Positions 47,786-56,880 of a DNA stretch of 64,000 bases are shown here, in pieces. The notes under the pieces are model-generated. The model had not been told where the DNA came from. It did no database searches and worked only from the letters and a program-made list of their open reading frames with translations. The number at the start of each line of letters is the position of its first letter. Position 1 is the stretch's first letter. The position numbers were made by a program, and so were the translations under genes. This DNA comes from Thermodesulfobacteriota bacterium (GTDB taxonomy: Bacteria > Desulfobacterota > Binatia > Bin18). The DNA lies in the NCBI GenBank assembly GCA_964291405.2, contig OZ219926.1:3520001-3584000 (forward strand), read 5' to 3'.

Positions 47786-48919
47786 TCACGTCTCTCCCAA
47801 ACCATACAAGCGCACGCAGTTCTCTACGACAATCGGCCGGGCCTCATCGGCGGGGACGGTGGCCAGATGTCTCTCCAAGAACTTCCGCGATTCGGGCCAG
47901 CTGCTGTCGAGATGGGGAAAATCCGACGACCACATAATGCGATCCACCCCAATGAACTCGCGCAGCATGACACCGGGCAGGTCATCAATAAACGTCAGAT
48001 AACAGTGCTCGTGCCAATACTCGCTAGGTAAGCGCTGACACTTGACCATGGGATCTTTCGCCATAGTGCGGCGATGATAGCCCCAGTCCAGGCGACCCAG
48101 AAAATTGGCGGCCCACGACAGTTCGTTCTCGGCGGAAATCAGCTTCAAGCCCGGATGGCGGTCGAACACGCCCTCCAGAATAAACGTACCGAACGCCCGC
48201 GCCATGCGGACCGGTAGAACCGCATAGCCGACCGCCGCGCTTTCTTCGCCCGTCTCATCCCGCGTCCAATTGGTGTTGGCATGGCCGGAGGCAATAATAT
48301 GAAGACTGAGCGGCATGTTGAGTTCGGCCAGCGTCGCCCACAGCGGGTCCCATTGAGCTGCCGAATAGCGTGAACCGTCGGGCGCATCTTGCGGCAACAG
48401 CGCCCCAACCAGCCCCTTCTCCTTGGCGCGTCGGCATTCCCGTATTGCCCAGTCCACATCAAAGACCGGTATGACGGCAATGCCGAATAACTCCTGTGGA
48501 TGGGTGCTGCAAAAATCGCTCAGCCAGTCATTATACGCCTGGCAGACGGCCTGCTGCAGGTCCGGGTCGGGGATGCCAAAAGCGCGCATAACGTAATTCG
48601 GATACAGCACTTCGGCATCCACTCCGTCCTGACGCATATATTCCACCCGGGCATCCGGGTGCCAATCGTTCGTGTCCGTGGCGTAGCGTTTATCGCCTTC
48701 TGCGGCCGCGGCGTAGGCTTTCTCTTTATTTTTTGCCACCGCGCCCATCGGACGTTTTGCGATATGCGACGGCATTCCCTCGCACACCCAGATATCTCCC
48801 GTAGGTTCCGAAATGACACGCGGTCCTCGGTCTTTATAGGCTTGGGGCAGATAGCGTTGCCACAGGTCAGGGGGTTCGATGGCGTGCGAGTCGGCCGATA
48901 TGACGCGATACTGTTTCAT
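47786..48919 (-). CDS. Amidohydrolase_2 family protein
   Basis: ISADSHAIEPPDLW, DGVDAEVLYP, AYNDW, MWSSDFPH.DSSWP. Confidence 0.92.
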   Translation of the reverse strand: MKQYRVISADSHAIEPPDLWQRYLPQAYKDRGPRVISEPTGDIWVCEGMPSHIAKRPMGAVAKNKEKAYAAAAEGDKRYATDTNDWHPDARVEYMRQDGVDAEVLYPNYVMRAFGIPDPDLQQAVCQAYNDWLSDFCSTHPQELFGIAVIPVFDVDWAIRECRRAKEKGLVGALLPQDAPDGSRYSAAQWDPLWATLAELNMPLSLHIIASGHANTNWTRDETGEESAAVGYAVLPVRMARAFGTFILEGVFDRHPGLKLISAENELSWAANFLGRLDWGYHRRTMAKDPMVKCQRLPSEYWHEHCYLTFIDDLPGVMLREFIGVDRIMWSSDFPHLDSSWPESRKFLERHLATVPADEARPIVVENCVRLYGLGET

Positions 48920-49090
48920 CGTTCGTTCCTTCCTTCGCCTGGAAAATGAGGGATTCTCGATCTATTGAGGGCCACTCTACCCCATTGCCGTATGTCCATG
49001 TCAAGCGTTCGGCTTGGTCGGAGCCGGGTGTAGCTTGAAAAGGGCGCTGGAAGTTTCTATCTTCCTGTAAAAAAGAGAAGGGAAGCAGAT

Positions 49091-49813
49091 ATGCCGATAT
49101 TCGAACGTGGCGAGACCAAGTTGTATTACGAAGAGCAGGGCACAGGATTTCCGCTCTTACTCATCGCACCCGGAGGGATGCGCTCCTCCGTGCCATTTTG
49201 GCAGCAAACCCCCTGGAACCCTATTGAGCAGCTTGCCCCCAGCTATCGCGTGATCGCCATGGACCAGCGCAACGCCGGCCAATCAACCGCCCCGATCAGT
49301 GCCGCAGATAGCTGGCATACCTACACGGAAGACCAGCTGGCGTTGATGGATCATTTGGGAATCGACGCTTTCCATGTGGCCGGTATGTGCATTGGCGGAC
49401 CTTACTGTATGGGTCTCATCCAGGCCGCGTCGCAGCGGGTTGCGTCGGCTATTCTCTTTCAGACGATTGGGCTGTCCGATAACCGCCAGGCGTTTTTTGA
49501 CATGTTTGACGGTTGGGCAGCCGAGCTGAAACCTGGGCGGCCTGACGTGAGCAACGAGGCCTGGGAGTCATTCAAGACAAATATGTACAGCGGCGATTTT
49601 CTCTTCAACGTCTCGAAAGAGTTTGTCTCCCAGTGTCAGACGCCGCTCCTGGTCCTCCTGGGGGACGATCTCTATCATCCGCAGGAGACCTCCCGAGATA
49701 TTGCCGCGCTCGCCCCAAACGCCACACTGGTTGAGCACTGGAAAGAGCCCGAGCATCACTCGGCTGCCAAGCAGGCGGTCGAGCGTTTTCTGTCTGAGCA
49801 TACTCCGGCATAG
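49091..49813 (+). CDS. Alpha/beta hydrolase with Cys nucleophile
   Basis: AMDQRNAG.S, GMCIGG, D.YHP. Confidence 0.85.
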   Translation: MPIFERGETKLYYEEQGTGFPLLLIAPGGMRSSVPFWQQTPWNPIEQLAPSYRVIAMDQRNAGQSTAPISAADSWHTYTEDQLALMDHLGIDAFHVAGMCIGGPYCMGLIQAASQRVASAILFQTIGLSDNRQAFFDMFDGWAAELKPGRPDVSNEAWESFKTNMYSGDFLFNVSKEFVSQCQTPLLVLLGDDLYHPQETSRDIAALAPNATLVEHWKEPEHHSAAKQAVERFLSEHTPA

Positions 49814-49862
49814 AGCAAATGATTGCCGGTGCAGGCTCCGATGTCGCAGGCAGGTTTGTCGC

Positions 49863-49891
49863 TTGCGTGTGCATTGAACGGCGGTTATGCT
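49863..49891 (+). promoter_or_regulatory. Sigma70-like promoter predicting a leaderless transcript
   Basis: TTGCGT-17 nt-TATGCT. An in-frame ATG at 49899 lies 7 nt after the -10 box. Confidence 0.5.
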
Positions 49892-49898
49892 CTACCGC

Positions 49899-50138
49899 AT
49901 GGGGAGCGATTTTGAACTCCTCGGTGAACTAACGGCTATTGAAAGCATTGCGTCCAATCTATCCATTCGCGAGCGGCGGCGCTTGCGAGAACAATTCGGC
50001 GGACGGCGGTGGCGGAAGCTCAAAGGTATTGGCCGCGTACGTTTCCCCAACCACGAGGTTCGCTTGGCAGAGTTGCACTGGTATGAAGCCCATGGCGTCG
50101 GTCGGCGAAAGATGAAGGTCAAGCGAGTCTTAGATTAA
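49899..50138 (+). CDS. Small basic hypothetical protein (candidate toxin)
   Basis: About 79 aa, Arg/Lys-rich, WRKLKG...AELHWYEAHGVG. Confidence 0.75.
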   Translation: MGSDFELLGELTAIESIASNLSIRERRRLREQFGGRRWRKLKGIGRVRFPNHEVRLAELHWYEAHGVGRRKMKVKRVLD

Positions 50139-50149
50139 GGCTGCTAGAT

Positions 50150-50383
50150 ATGTCAACAGAGCAATGTGAATTCGCCATTTGCGTGACCAATGAAAGCTAC
50201 GAAGACCTGGAAGTATGGAAGGTGTACCAGGTCATTCCCGACCAGAAGGCAGCAGGGGTCGATTGCTTACGCGTAGTTGATGAATCGGGGGAAGACTATC
50301 TCTATCCGACGAGTCGTTTCGTTCGAGTAACATTCCCCGATGACGTACGTACTCGGCTGCTCGCGACGGCAGGGGGGAAATAA
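50150..50383 (+). CDS. Small acidic hypothetical protein (candidate antitoxin/immunity)
   Basis: 77 aa, FAICV.N..Y.DLE..KVY...D......LRVVDESGEDYLYP. Confidence 0.75.
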   Translation: MSTEQCEFAICVTNESYEDLEVWKVYQVIPDQKAAGVDCLRVVDESGEDYLYPTSRFVRVTFPDDVRTRLLATAGGK

Positions 50384-50440
50384 GTCTAACCTGACCTCCT
50401 AGGGATAGACGGAGAACAATTTTTCATCAAATCAGTCGGA

Positions 50441-51700
50441 TTAACTCGCCCCGTGCCGCGGCGGAGGCACGCCGTTCAGCCAGTAGTTCCCAATGGCGTG
50501 ATATTTCCAGCGCACGGGATCGTGCAGGGTATGGGTACGCGCGTTGCGCCAGTGACGGTTCAGGTTGTACTCCTCCAGCGTTGAGCGGGTGCCGGCCAAC
50601 TCAAACAACTTGTTTGTTGTCAGCACAGAAACTTCCGTGGACATGGCTTTTGCCTCAGCCACGGCAATCGAGGCTTGAGAGACGTTCTCCTCGGTTGGTG
50701 AGGCGACCGCCGCATCCACAAAACGGCCCGCCCGTTCGAGCAGGGCGTCCGAGGCGTGCACCCGGACCTCAAGCTCGCCAATTTGATGAATCGTGTACGG
50801 GTCCTCGTAGCCGTGCTCCTGGCCGCTATCGATCCACGGCCGCGTATACTGACGGACAAAGGCGATCGTCTCGGCCAGGGCTGCGCGGGCGATGCCGGCA
50901 TCGACCGCGGTATGAAAAATTTGAGCAACGGCACCCATCGGGGTGGGCCGATCAAACGCGGCCTGATGGTCGATAATATCAAAAGGCTCGACCGCAACAT
51001 TCTCGAACACCGCAGTCCCGCTGGCCGTGGTCCGCTGGCCGAAGCCTGACCAGTCGTCGATGATGGTGACCCCCGGCGCATCACGCCTGACAAAGACGAT
51101 GGCAATCCGTCCCTGGTCGTCCTTGGCGACAGCCGGTACCCAGTGGGCAAACATCGCACCCGTGGAATAGAACTTTCTGCCGTTCAGGAGGAATTTGTCG
51201 CCGGAGGCCGTGAGGTGCGTCTGAAAGTCAAAGACGGTTTTTGTGCCGCGCTCGACAAAGGCATTCCCAAAGCGATCGCCCTCCAACACCCGTTTGAAAA
51301 GGAACTCCTTTTGCTCCTCGGTCCCGTCCAGTCGGACGGCTTCGATCATATAGTAATGATTCTGGGGAATCTGGCCTAAAGACGAATCCGCGGCTGATAT
51401 GACGGCCGTGACCTCGGCCGCGGTCGAGAAGGACACCCCCGCCCCACCGTATGCTTTCGGAATAGTGATGCCCCATAAGCCGCTCTGCGAGAATTCGTCC
51501 AATTCTTTATGCGGCAGGCGGCGCTCGCGGTCGCGCTCGGCCGACTCCTGCTGAAAGCGCTCGGCGAGACGGTGGGCAACTGCCAGGGCTTCCTGATCGT
51601 CACGAATAATGTGGGCAGGAGCCTCAACCCGCGCCATTGGTGCGGCGACTCGAATACCTTGATCCGGTGGAGCGGTAGCTTGCGAGGACGCTTGGCTCAT
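50441..51700 (-). CDS. SfnB family sulfur-acquisition oxidoreductase (acyl-CoA dehydrogenase fold)
   Basis: AHII..D.EA, SQSGLWGIT.PK.YGG, DSSLGQIPQNH, DDWSGFGQRTTASG, RHWRNARTHTLHDPVRWK. Confidence 0.92.
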   Translation of the reverse strand: MSQASSQATAPPDQGIRVAAPMARVEAPAHIIRDDQEALAVAHRLAERFQQESAERDRERRLPHKELDEFSQSGLWGITIPKAYGGAGVSFSTAAEVTAVISAADSSLGQIPQNHYYMIEAVRLDGTEEQKEFLFKRVLEGDRFGNAFVERGTKTVFDFQTHLTASGDKFLLNGRKFYSTGAMFAHWVPAVAKDDQGRIAIVFVRRDAPGVTIIDDWSGFGQRTTASGTAVFENVAVEPFDIIDHQAAFDRPTPMGAVAQIFHTAVDAGIARAALAETIAFVRQYTRPWIDSGQEHGYEDPYTIHQIGELEVRVHASDALLERAGRFVDAAVASPTEENVSQASIAVAEAKAMSTEVSVLTTNKLFELAGTRSTLEEYNLNRHWRNARTHTLHDPVRWKYHAIGNYWLNGVPPPRHGAS

Positions 51701-51722
51701 ATATTCTCCCTGGCCTGTTCTT

Positions 51723-53003
51723 CTATATCCACGCGTGGCGTGGCGGCTTGATATTATTCAGATAGTAATTGCCGATGGCCTGGAACTTCCACCGGACGGG
51801 ATCGTGCAGTGTATGCGTGCGGGCATTCCGCCAGTGGCGATCCAGATTGTACTCTTCGAGTGTAGAGCGAGTGCCGGCGAGCTCAAACAACTTGTTGGTC
51901 GCCTGAATGGCGATTTCCGTGGTCAGAACTTTTGCTTCAGCCACGGCAATAGACGCCGCGGCTACACTGTCTTCATTCGGATTGGCCATTGCTGCATCGA
52001 CCGTGCGGCCAGCCCGGTCCAGGATGGCCTCTGCCGCGTGCAAGCGCATTTTCAGGTCTCCTATTTGAGCAATGGAGTACATGTCCTCATAGCCGTGCTC
52101 CTGACCGCTATCGATCCACGGACGGGTATAGCTGCGGACAAAGTGGATGGTTTCATCAATCGCGGCCTGGGCAATACCGAGATCGATGCCGGCATGAATA
52201 ATCTGTAAGACTGCCCCGTTCGCGGTTGGTATATCGTACGCTTCATGCGCCGGGATAACATGGCTGGCCGGCACGAATGCGTCCTCCAGCAGAACGGTCC
52301 CACTGGCGGTGGTGCGTTGGCCGAAACTCGACCAGTCATCAATAATGCGCATCCCCGGCCCATCGCGTTCCACAAAGGCAAGCTGCGCTTTGCCGCGCTC
52401 ATCGGTCGCTGCGACCGGCACCATATGGGCGAGAAGCGCGCCGCTGCAATAAAACTTTTGTCCATTCACGACATAGCCGTCCCCGTGGGGACGTATTTGC
52501 GTTTCAAAATGGCCGACGGTTTTGCTGCCTTTTTCGGAAAAAGCATTGCCGAGGCGCATGCCTTTTAAGACCTCGCCAAAGAAAAAACGCTTCTGCTCCT
52601 CACTGGCGCACAGACGAATGATATCGAGTAGACCAAGATGGTTTTGCGGAATCTGTCCGAGCGACGGGTCGGCCGCGGAGATAATTTTAATCACCTCGCC
52701 CACCGTGACATACGAGACCTCGGCGCCGCCATAGACTTTGGGTACGGTCATGCCCCACAAGCCGCTCTGCGAGAATGCGTCCAGTTCGGCAAGCGGCAGT
52801 CGGCGTTCCCGGTCACGCAGCGCCGCTTCCTGCGCAAAGCTTTTTGCCAAACGGTGGGCGATATCAACCGCTTCCCGGTCGTCCTGAATAATATGGGCAG
52901 GTGTGGTGGGACGCGGTGGGCCGAAGGCCTCCAGGTCTTCGATCCGAGATGTTCCATTCGTTTCTGAACGGTCTATTAGTCTTTCACTGTCTTCCCTGCT
53001 CAT
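51723..53003 (-). CDS. SfnB family sulfur-acquisition oxidoreductase (tandem paralog)
   Basis: Same motifs (DPSLGQIPQNH, DDWSSFGQRTTASG, HTLHDPVRWK). Start near 53003 after AAAGGAG. Confidence 0.92.
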   Translation of the reverse strand: MSREDSERLIDRSETNGTSRIEDLEAFGPPRPTTPAHIIQDDREAVDIAHRLAKSFAQEAALRDRERRLPLAELDAFSQSGLWGMTVPKVYGGAEVSYVTVGEVIKIISAADPSLGQIPQNHLGLLDIIRLCASEEQKRFFFGEVLKGMRLGNAFSEKGSKTVGHFETQIRPHGDGYVVNGQKFYCSGALLAHMVPVAATDERGKAQLAFVERDGPGMRIIDDWSSFGQRTTASGTVLLEDAFVPASHVIPAHEAYDIPTANGAVLQIIHAGIDLGIAQAAIDETIHFVRSYTRPWIDSGQEHGYEDMYSIAQIGDLKMRLHAAEAILDRAGRTVDAAMANPNEDSVAAASIAVAEAKVLTTEIAIQATNKLFELAGTRSTLEEYNLDRHWRNARTHTLHDPVRWKFQAIGNYYLNNIKPPRHAWI

Positions 53004-53159
53004 GGCCGCTATAGCTCCTTTGCATAGCTCTGAAAGGGGACTCCGTAGCCTATCGTTCACCCTCCTGAGCGTCAACGCGCTTCGTCGGCGTGTTGCTTGA
53101 CTTTGGCAGGGCAGGGTGTCATGACAGGCGCAGAGTGCCAATGTCTAAAGGAGGGTCAG

Positions 53160-54005
53160 ATGAAACTCGGTATTGAGATGTTTGCCACGGATTATTCTAT
53201 CCGGCCGGATGAGCTGGCCGTTGCCTGCGAAGAACGCGGTTTTGAGTCCGTGTGGTACCCGGAACACACCCATATCCCGGCCAGCCGCCGTACTCCCTTT
53301 CCCCTTGGGGGTGATTTGCCCAAGGAGTACTGGCATACGCACGACCTGTTTGTGACGCTCACCGCCGCCGCCGCCGTCACCACCAATATCAAAATCGGGA
53401 GTGGGATTTGTCTGGCTATGGAGCGCGACCCGATTACGATGGCCAACGAGGTTGCCTCGGTTGATCAGATCTCCAACGGGCGTCTGCTCTTTGGTATCGG
53501 TGGTGGGTGGAACGCCGAAGAGATGGAGAACCACGGGACGCCGTTCAAACGACGTTGGAAGGTCTTACGTGAGAAAATTGAGGCGATGAAAGCCATTTGG
53601 ACCGAAGAGGAAGCCGAGTATCACGGCGAGTTCGTCAACTTTGATCCGATCTGGTCCTACCCGAAGCCCGTGCAGAAACCCCATCCGCCCATCATCCTGG
53701 GTTCACACACCTCAAACGGACTCGACCGGGTGGTGCGCTATTGTGATGGCTGGTTTCCCAATGCTCAGGCCTATAAAGACTTGCCCGCGGTCGTGAACGA
53801 CCTCTGGACCCGGGCCGAAAAGGCCGGCCGTCAACCGGATGACATCTCAATTTCCTTCCTGGGCGCTCCGGAAGATGAGGCGGTGCTGCAACAATACCGC
53901 GAGTTGGGAGCTGAGCGAGCGGTATTTTTTGTACCGTCCGAAGGGAAAGAGGCGATCTTCCCGCTGTTGGACACATACGCCGCGTTTATCCCCAAGGTTG
54001 CTTAA
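53160..54005 (+). CDS. LLM F420-dependent oxidoreductase, Rv2161c-like
   Basis: EERGFESVWYPEHTHIP, GICL..ERDPI, GGWNAEEMENHG, PKPVQKPHPP. Confidence 0.9.
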   Translation: MKLGIEMFATDYSIRPDELAVACEERGFESVWYPEHTHIPASRRTPFPLGGDLPKEYWHTHDLFVTLTAAAAVTTNIKIGSGICLAMERDPITMANEVASVDQISNGRLLFGIGGGWNAEEMENHGTPFKRRWKVLREKIEAMKAIWTEEEAEYHGEFVNFDPIWSYPKPVQKPHPPIILGSHTSNGLDRVVRYCDGWFPNAQAYKDLPAVVNDLWTRAEKAGRQPDDISISFLGAPEDEAVLQQYRELGAERAVFFVPSEGKEAIFPLLDTYAAFIPKVA

Positions 54006-54036
54006 GGACACACGGAAACGCTGCCGGAGGCCTACT

Positions 54037-54852
54037 ATGCCATTTACTGCTGTCCGTGACATTCAAATGTATTACGAACTGCGCGGGGTCGGACCGCGCC
54101 TGCTCTACATCAGCGGAACGGGTGGAGATCTGCGGCGTTCGCCGAATGCGTTTGATTCGCCGCTCACGGAACATTTTGAGGTCCTGGCCTATGACCAGCG
54201 TGGCTTGGGTCAAACGGACAAACCCGACAGTGCCTACACCATGGCGGACTATGCGGCTGATGCGGATGGTCTGCTCGAAGCTGTTGGATGGGAGTCATGT
54301 CTGGTGATCGGTATCTCTTTTGGTGGCATGGTTGCACAGGAATTTGCGTTGCGGTATCCGAGCCGCGTCAAGCGGTTGATCCTTGGCTGTACAAGTAGCG
54401 GTGGGGAGGGAGGAGCTTCATATCCGTTGCATGAACTTGCTTCACTCTCCGCGGAGGAGTGGGCCAAACGAGTGGTCGAGCTGAGCGATGAGCGCCGCGA
54501 TGCTGCCTGGCAAGCAGCTAACGCCCAGGAGTTTCAGACTTTGATGGATGAGATGCTCGCCATTCGGACGATGGGGGTGGACGAACCTGACAAGATTATT
54601 GGTGCGCGGCGCCAGATCGAAGCGCGACAAGAGCACGATACATATGAGCGTTTGTCTCAGCTCAACATGCCGACTCTCGTCTGTGGTGGGCGGTATGATG
54701 GGATAGCGCCGGTGGATAATCAGGAAGCATTACTCCGCCAGATTCCCACCGCCCAAATGTCGCTGTTTGAAGGGGGCCATCTATTCTTTACGCAGGACCC
54801 CAAAGCATTTGAGGAAATTATCGCCTTCTTTAAAGATGAAGCCATGCTCTGA
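54037..54852 (+). CDS. Alpha/beta hydrolase (enol-lactonase-like)
   Basis: YDQRGLG, GISFGGM, GRYDGIAP, EGGHLF. Confidence 0.9.
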   Translation: MPFTAVRDIQMYYELRGVGPRLLYISGTGGDLRRSPNAFDSPLTEHFEVLAYDQRGLGQTDKPDSAYTMADYAADADGLLEAVGWESCLVIGISFGGMVAQEFALRYPSRVKRLILGCTSSGGEGGASYPLHELASLSAEEWAKRVVELSDERRDAAWQAANAQEFQTLMDEMLAIRTMGVDEPDKIIGARRQIEARQEHDTYERLSQLNMPTLVCGGRYDGIAPVDNQEALLRQIPTAQMSLFEGGHLFFTQDPKAFEEIIAFFKDEAML

Positions 54853-55021
54853 TCTCTCCCGTCTAGAACTTGTTATTGATGTAGACAATCAAGCCAGCCA
54901 GCGCGTTGCCGAGAAGTTAGGGGCCTTCCGAGAAGGCGTGTTACGCCAGAGACTCTTCGTGCACAATCAGGCTCGGGACGCAGTCATGTACAGTTTGATC
55001 CTGCGCGATCTCAAAAGCTAA
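54850..55021 (+). pseudogene. C-terminal fragment of RimL-type GNAT acetyltransferase
   Basis: LSRLELVIDVDNQASQRVAEKLGAFREGVLRQR.....DAVMYSL*. The N-terminal portion is missing. Confidence 0.75.
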
Positions 55022-55046
55022 GCAAGACGCAGACTGGAACCTTACT

Positions 55047-55913
55047 ATGACCACAACAAATCCTGTTGAAAATCATTATGGCGTTGGTGGAATCTTGGAT
55101 TCTATCCTCAAGGCCCTGAGCGACATGGGCAAAGACGTACACCAACTCACACCTATCGATCTTGCCCCTGTGGATGAATTTCATATTCGGGGCCGTGATG
55201 CCACCATCGAGTTAGCCCGCCGCGCCAGCTTAACAGCTAGAATGCACATACTTGATGTGGGGTGTGGGCTGGGTGGTTCCGCCAGATATTTGGCCACAGA
55301 GTATCAGTGCCAGGTGACCGGGGTTGACCTCACACAGGAATATATTGATGTCGCGAACGCTCTTGCGAAACTGGTCGGCTTACAAGAGGTCGTAAAATTT
55401 CGCCAGGCCAATGCGCTGGAACTCCCATTCAACGATCAGGCTTTTGATATTGTCTGGACCGAGCACGTCCAGATGAATATTGCGGATAAACATGGCTTTT
55501 ATTCCGAGATCGCTCGGGTCCTCAAGCCGGGAGGCCGTTTAGTCTTTCATGACATTTTTCAGGGAACAGGAGGAGAGCCCCACTATCCAGTGCCGTGGGC
55601 GGAAGAACGGTCCATCAGCACGCTCGCTCCTATAGCGAATATGAAGGACATTCTGGAAGGGGCCGGCCTGCTTGTCCTGGATTGGGCGGATAGGAGTGGT
55701 CATTCAATAGAATGGTTCCAGAACATGGTTGAGAAGATGCAGAATGCCGGCCCGCCATCGCTTGGACTTCACCTGCTGACTGGCAAAACCGCAAAAGAAA
55801 AGTTTGCCAACGTTCTACGCAATCTCAAGGAGAAGCGGATTGTCGTATTTCAGGGTGTGACGGGTAGTCGAGCTGAGCGACCTGCGCCGGGACGCGGCCT
55901 GGCAGGCAGCTAA
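55047..55913 (+). CDS. Class I SAM-dependent methyltransferase (aberrant C-terminus)
   Basis: LAPVDEFHIRG, LDVGCGLGG, LPF...FD, RVLKPGGRL, YPVPWA. The last ~17 codons come from a hydrolase remnant. Confidence 0.88.
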   Translation: MTTTNPVENHYGVGGILDSILKALSDMGKDVHQLTPIDLAPVDEFHIRGRDATIELARRASLTARMHILDVGCGLGGSARYLATEYQCQVTGVDLTQEYIDVANALAKLVGLQEVVKFRQANALELPFNDQAFDIVWTEHVQMNIADKHGFYSEIARVLKPGGRLVFHDIFQGTGGEPHYPVPWAEERSISTLAPIANMKDILEGAGLLVLDWADRSGHSIEWFQNMVEKMQNAGPPSLGLHLLTGKTAKEKFANVLRNLKEKRIVVFQGVTGSRAERPAPGRGLAGS

Positions 55914-56244
55914 CGGTCAGGAGTTTCAAACCCCAATCGATGAGATACTGGCCATCCGCACAGGGAGTGCGGCCATTGGGGCGCGCCGCCAAATCGAGGC
56001 CCGCCAAAAATACGATACCTATAGCCGCCTGCCTCAGCTCGGGATGCCGGTGCTGATCTGCGGGGGGCGGTATGACGGGGTCGCCCCGGTCGCCAACCAG
56101 GAAGCGCTGCACCGACAGATTGCGACTTCCCGGATGGCCCTCTTTAAAGGCGGCCACCTGTTCTTTGCGCAGGATCCCCGAGCGTTCGAGGACATTATCG
56201 TTTTCCTGAATGACGGTAATGTCCTCAGGGGGACGGAGGCCTGA
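55861..56244 (+). pseudogene. Degenerate duplicate of the 3' half of the 54037-54852 hydrolase
   Basis: GTCGAGCTGAGCGA...GCCTGGCAGGCAGCTAACG..CAGGAGTTTCA matches ~54476-54537. MPVLICGGRYDGVAPVANQEAL...GGHLFFAQDP matches the hydrolase end. Confidence 0.85.
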
Positions 56245-56740
56245 CACGGGTTACGGTGGAGCGCTCCTTTTTTTCAACCAGGACTGCCATATCTTCAGCC
56301 GCCTTGGCGACCGTATCAGTCCGGGTGCACATATCGGTTTTCAAATCGCCCTGCGGACTGCGGTAGGCATACACGACGTATTCTTTCCCGGTCTGAAACG
56401 GAATGCCGCACTGTTCCTGTGAGGCCAACGTTTCGAGAATCAGTGGAGACTCATCAGCCGCCTTAAGCGGGGTTGTGACCTCCAGCGTCACCCGTAGGGT
56501 TTCAAACTCGTACAGCTGCTCCGAGCCCATCATCTGCTTGAAGGTGCCGTACAACCAGCCATCCGCTTCTATCGTTTCCACGTCGGTCGCTTTGCCGACA
56601 AAGACGACGTCTGACTTTTCCAGCCCAAAATTCGGCGACGGAGGCGGCAGACAGCGGCACGCCAGGGCAGCCGCAGGCAGCAGCCAAGAAAGGGCTATTC
56701 CTGCAACGAGTATGGGTAGCATCCTTCTTGAAACAGACAT
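56225..56740 (-). CDS. Secreted TIMP/NTR-like (CxC) protein
   Basis: Signal peptide ending ALA, then CRC, SDVVFVGK, CGIPF..GKEY.VYA, D.C.RT. Confidence 0.75.
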   Translation of the reverse strand: MSVSRRMLPILVAGIALSWLLPAAALACRCLPPPSPNFGLEKSDVVFVGKATDVETIEADGWLYGTFKQMMGSEQLYEFETLRVTLEVTTPLKAADESPLILETLASQEQCGIPFQTGKEYVVYAYRSPQGDLKTDMCTRTDTVAKAAEDMAVLVEKKERSTVTRVRPPSP

Positions 56741-56822
56741 CAGGCTCTCCTTTTGTACTGGCCGAAACCGTACGTTTCAAATGACCCGGACCACCTTCCA
56801 GCAGTGCACACCGAAGAAAAAC

Positions 56823-56853
56823 AAAAGGGTCAGGGAAGACTCCCCGACCCTTT
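56823..56853 (-). terminator. Terminator after amidohydrolase gene
   Basis: AAAAGGGTCAGGGA-AGAC-TCCCCGACCCTTT hairpin with a U-run on the minus strand. Confidence 0.65.
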
Positions 56854-56880
56854 CCGTTTTACACGAATCAGCGGCCCTGA

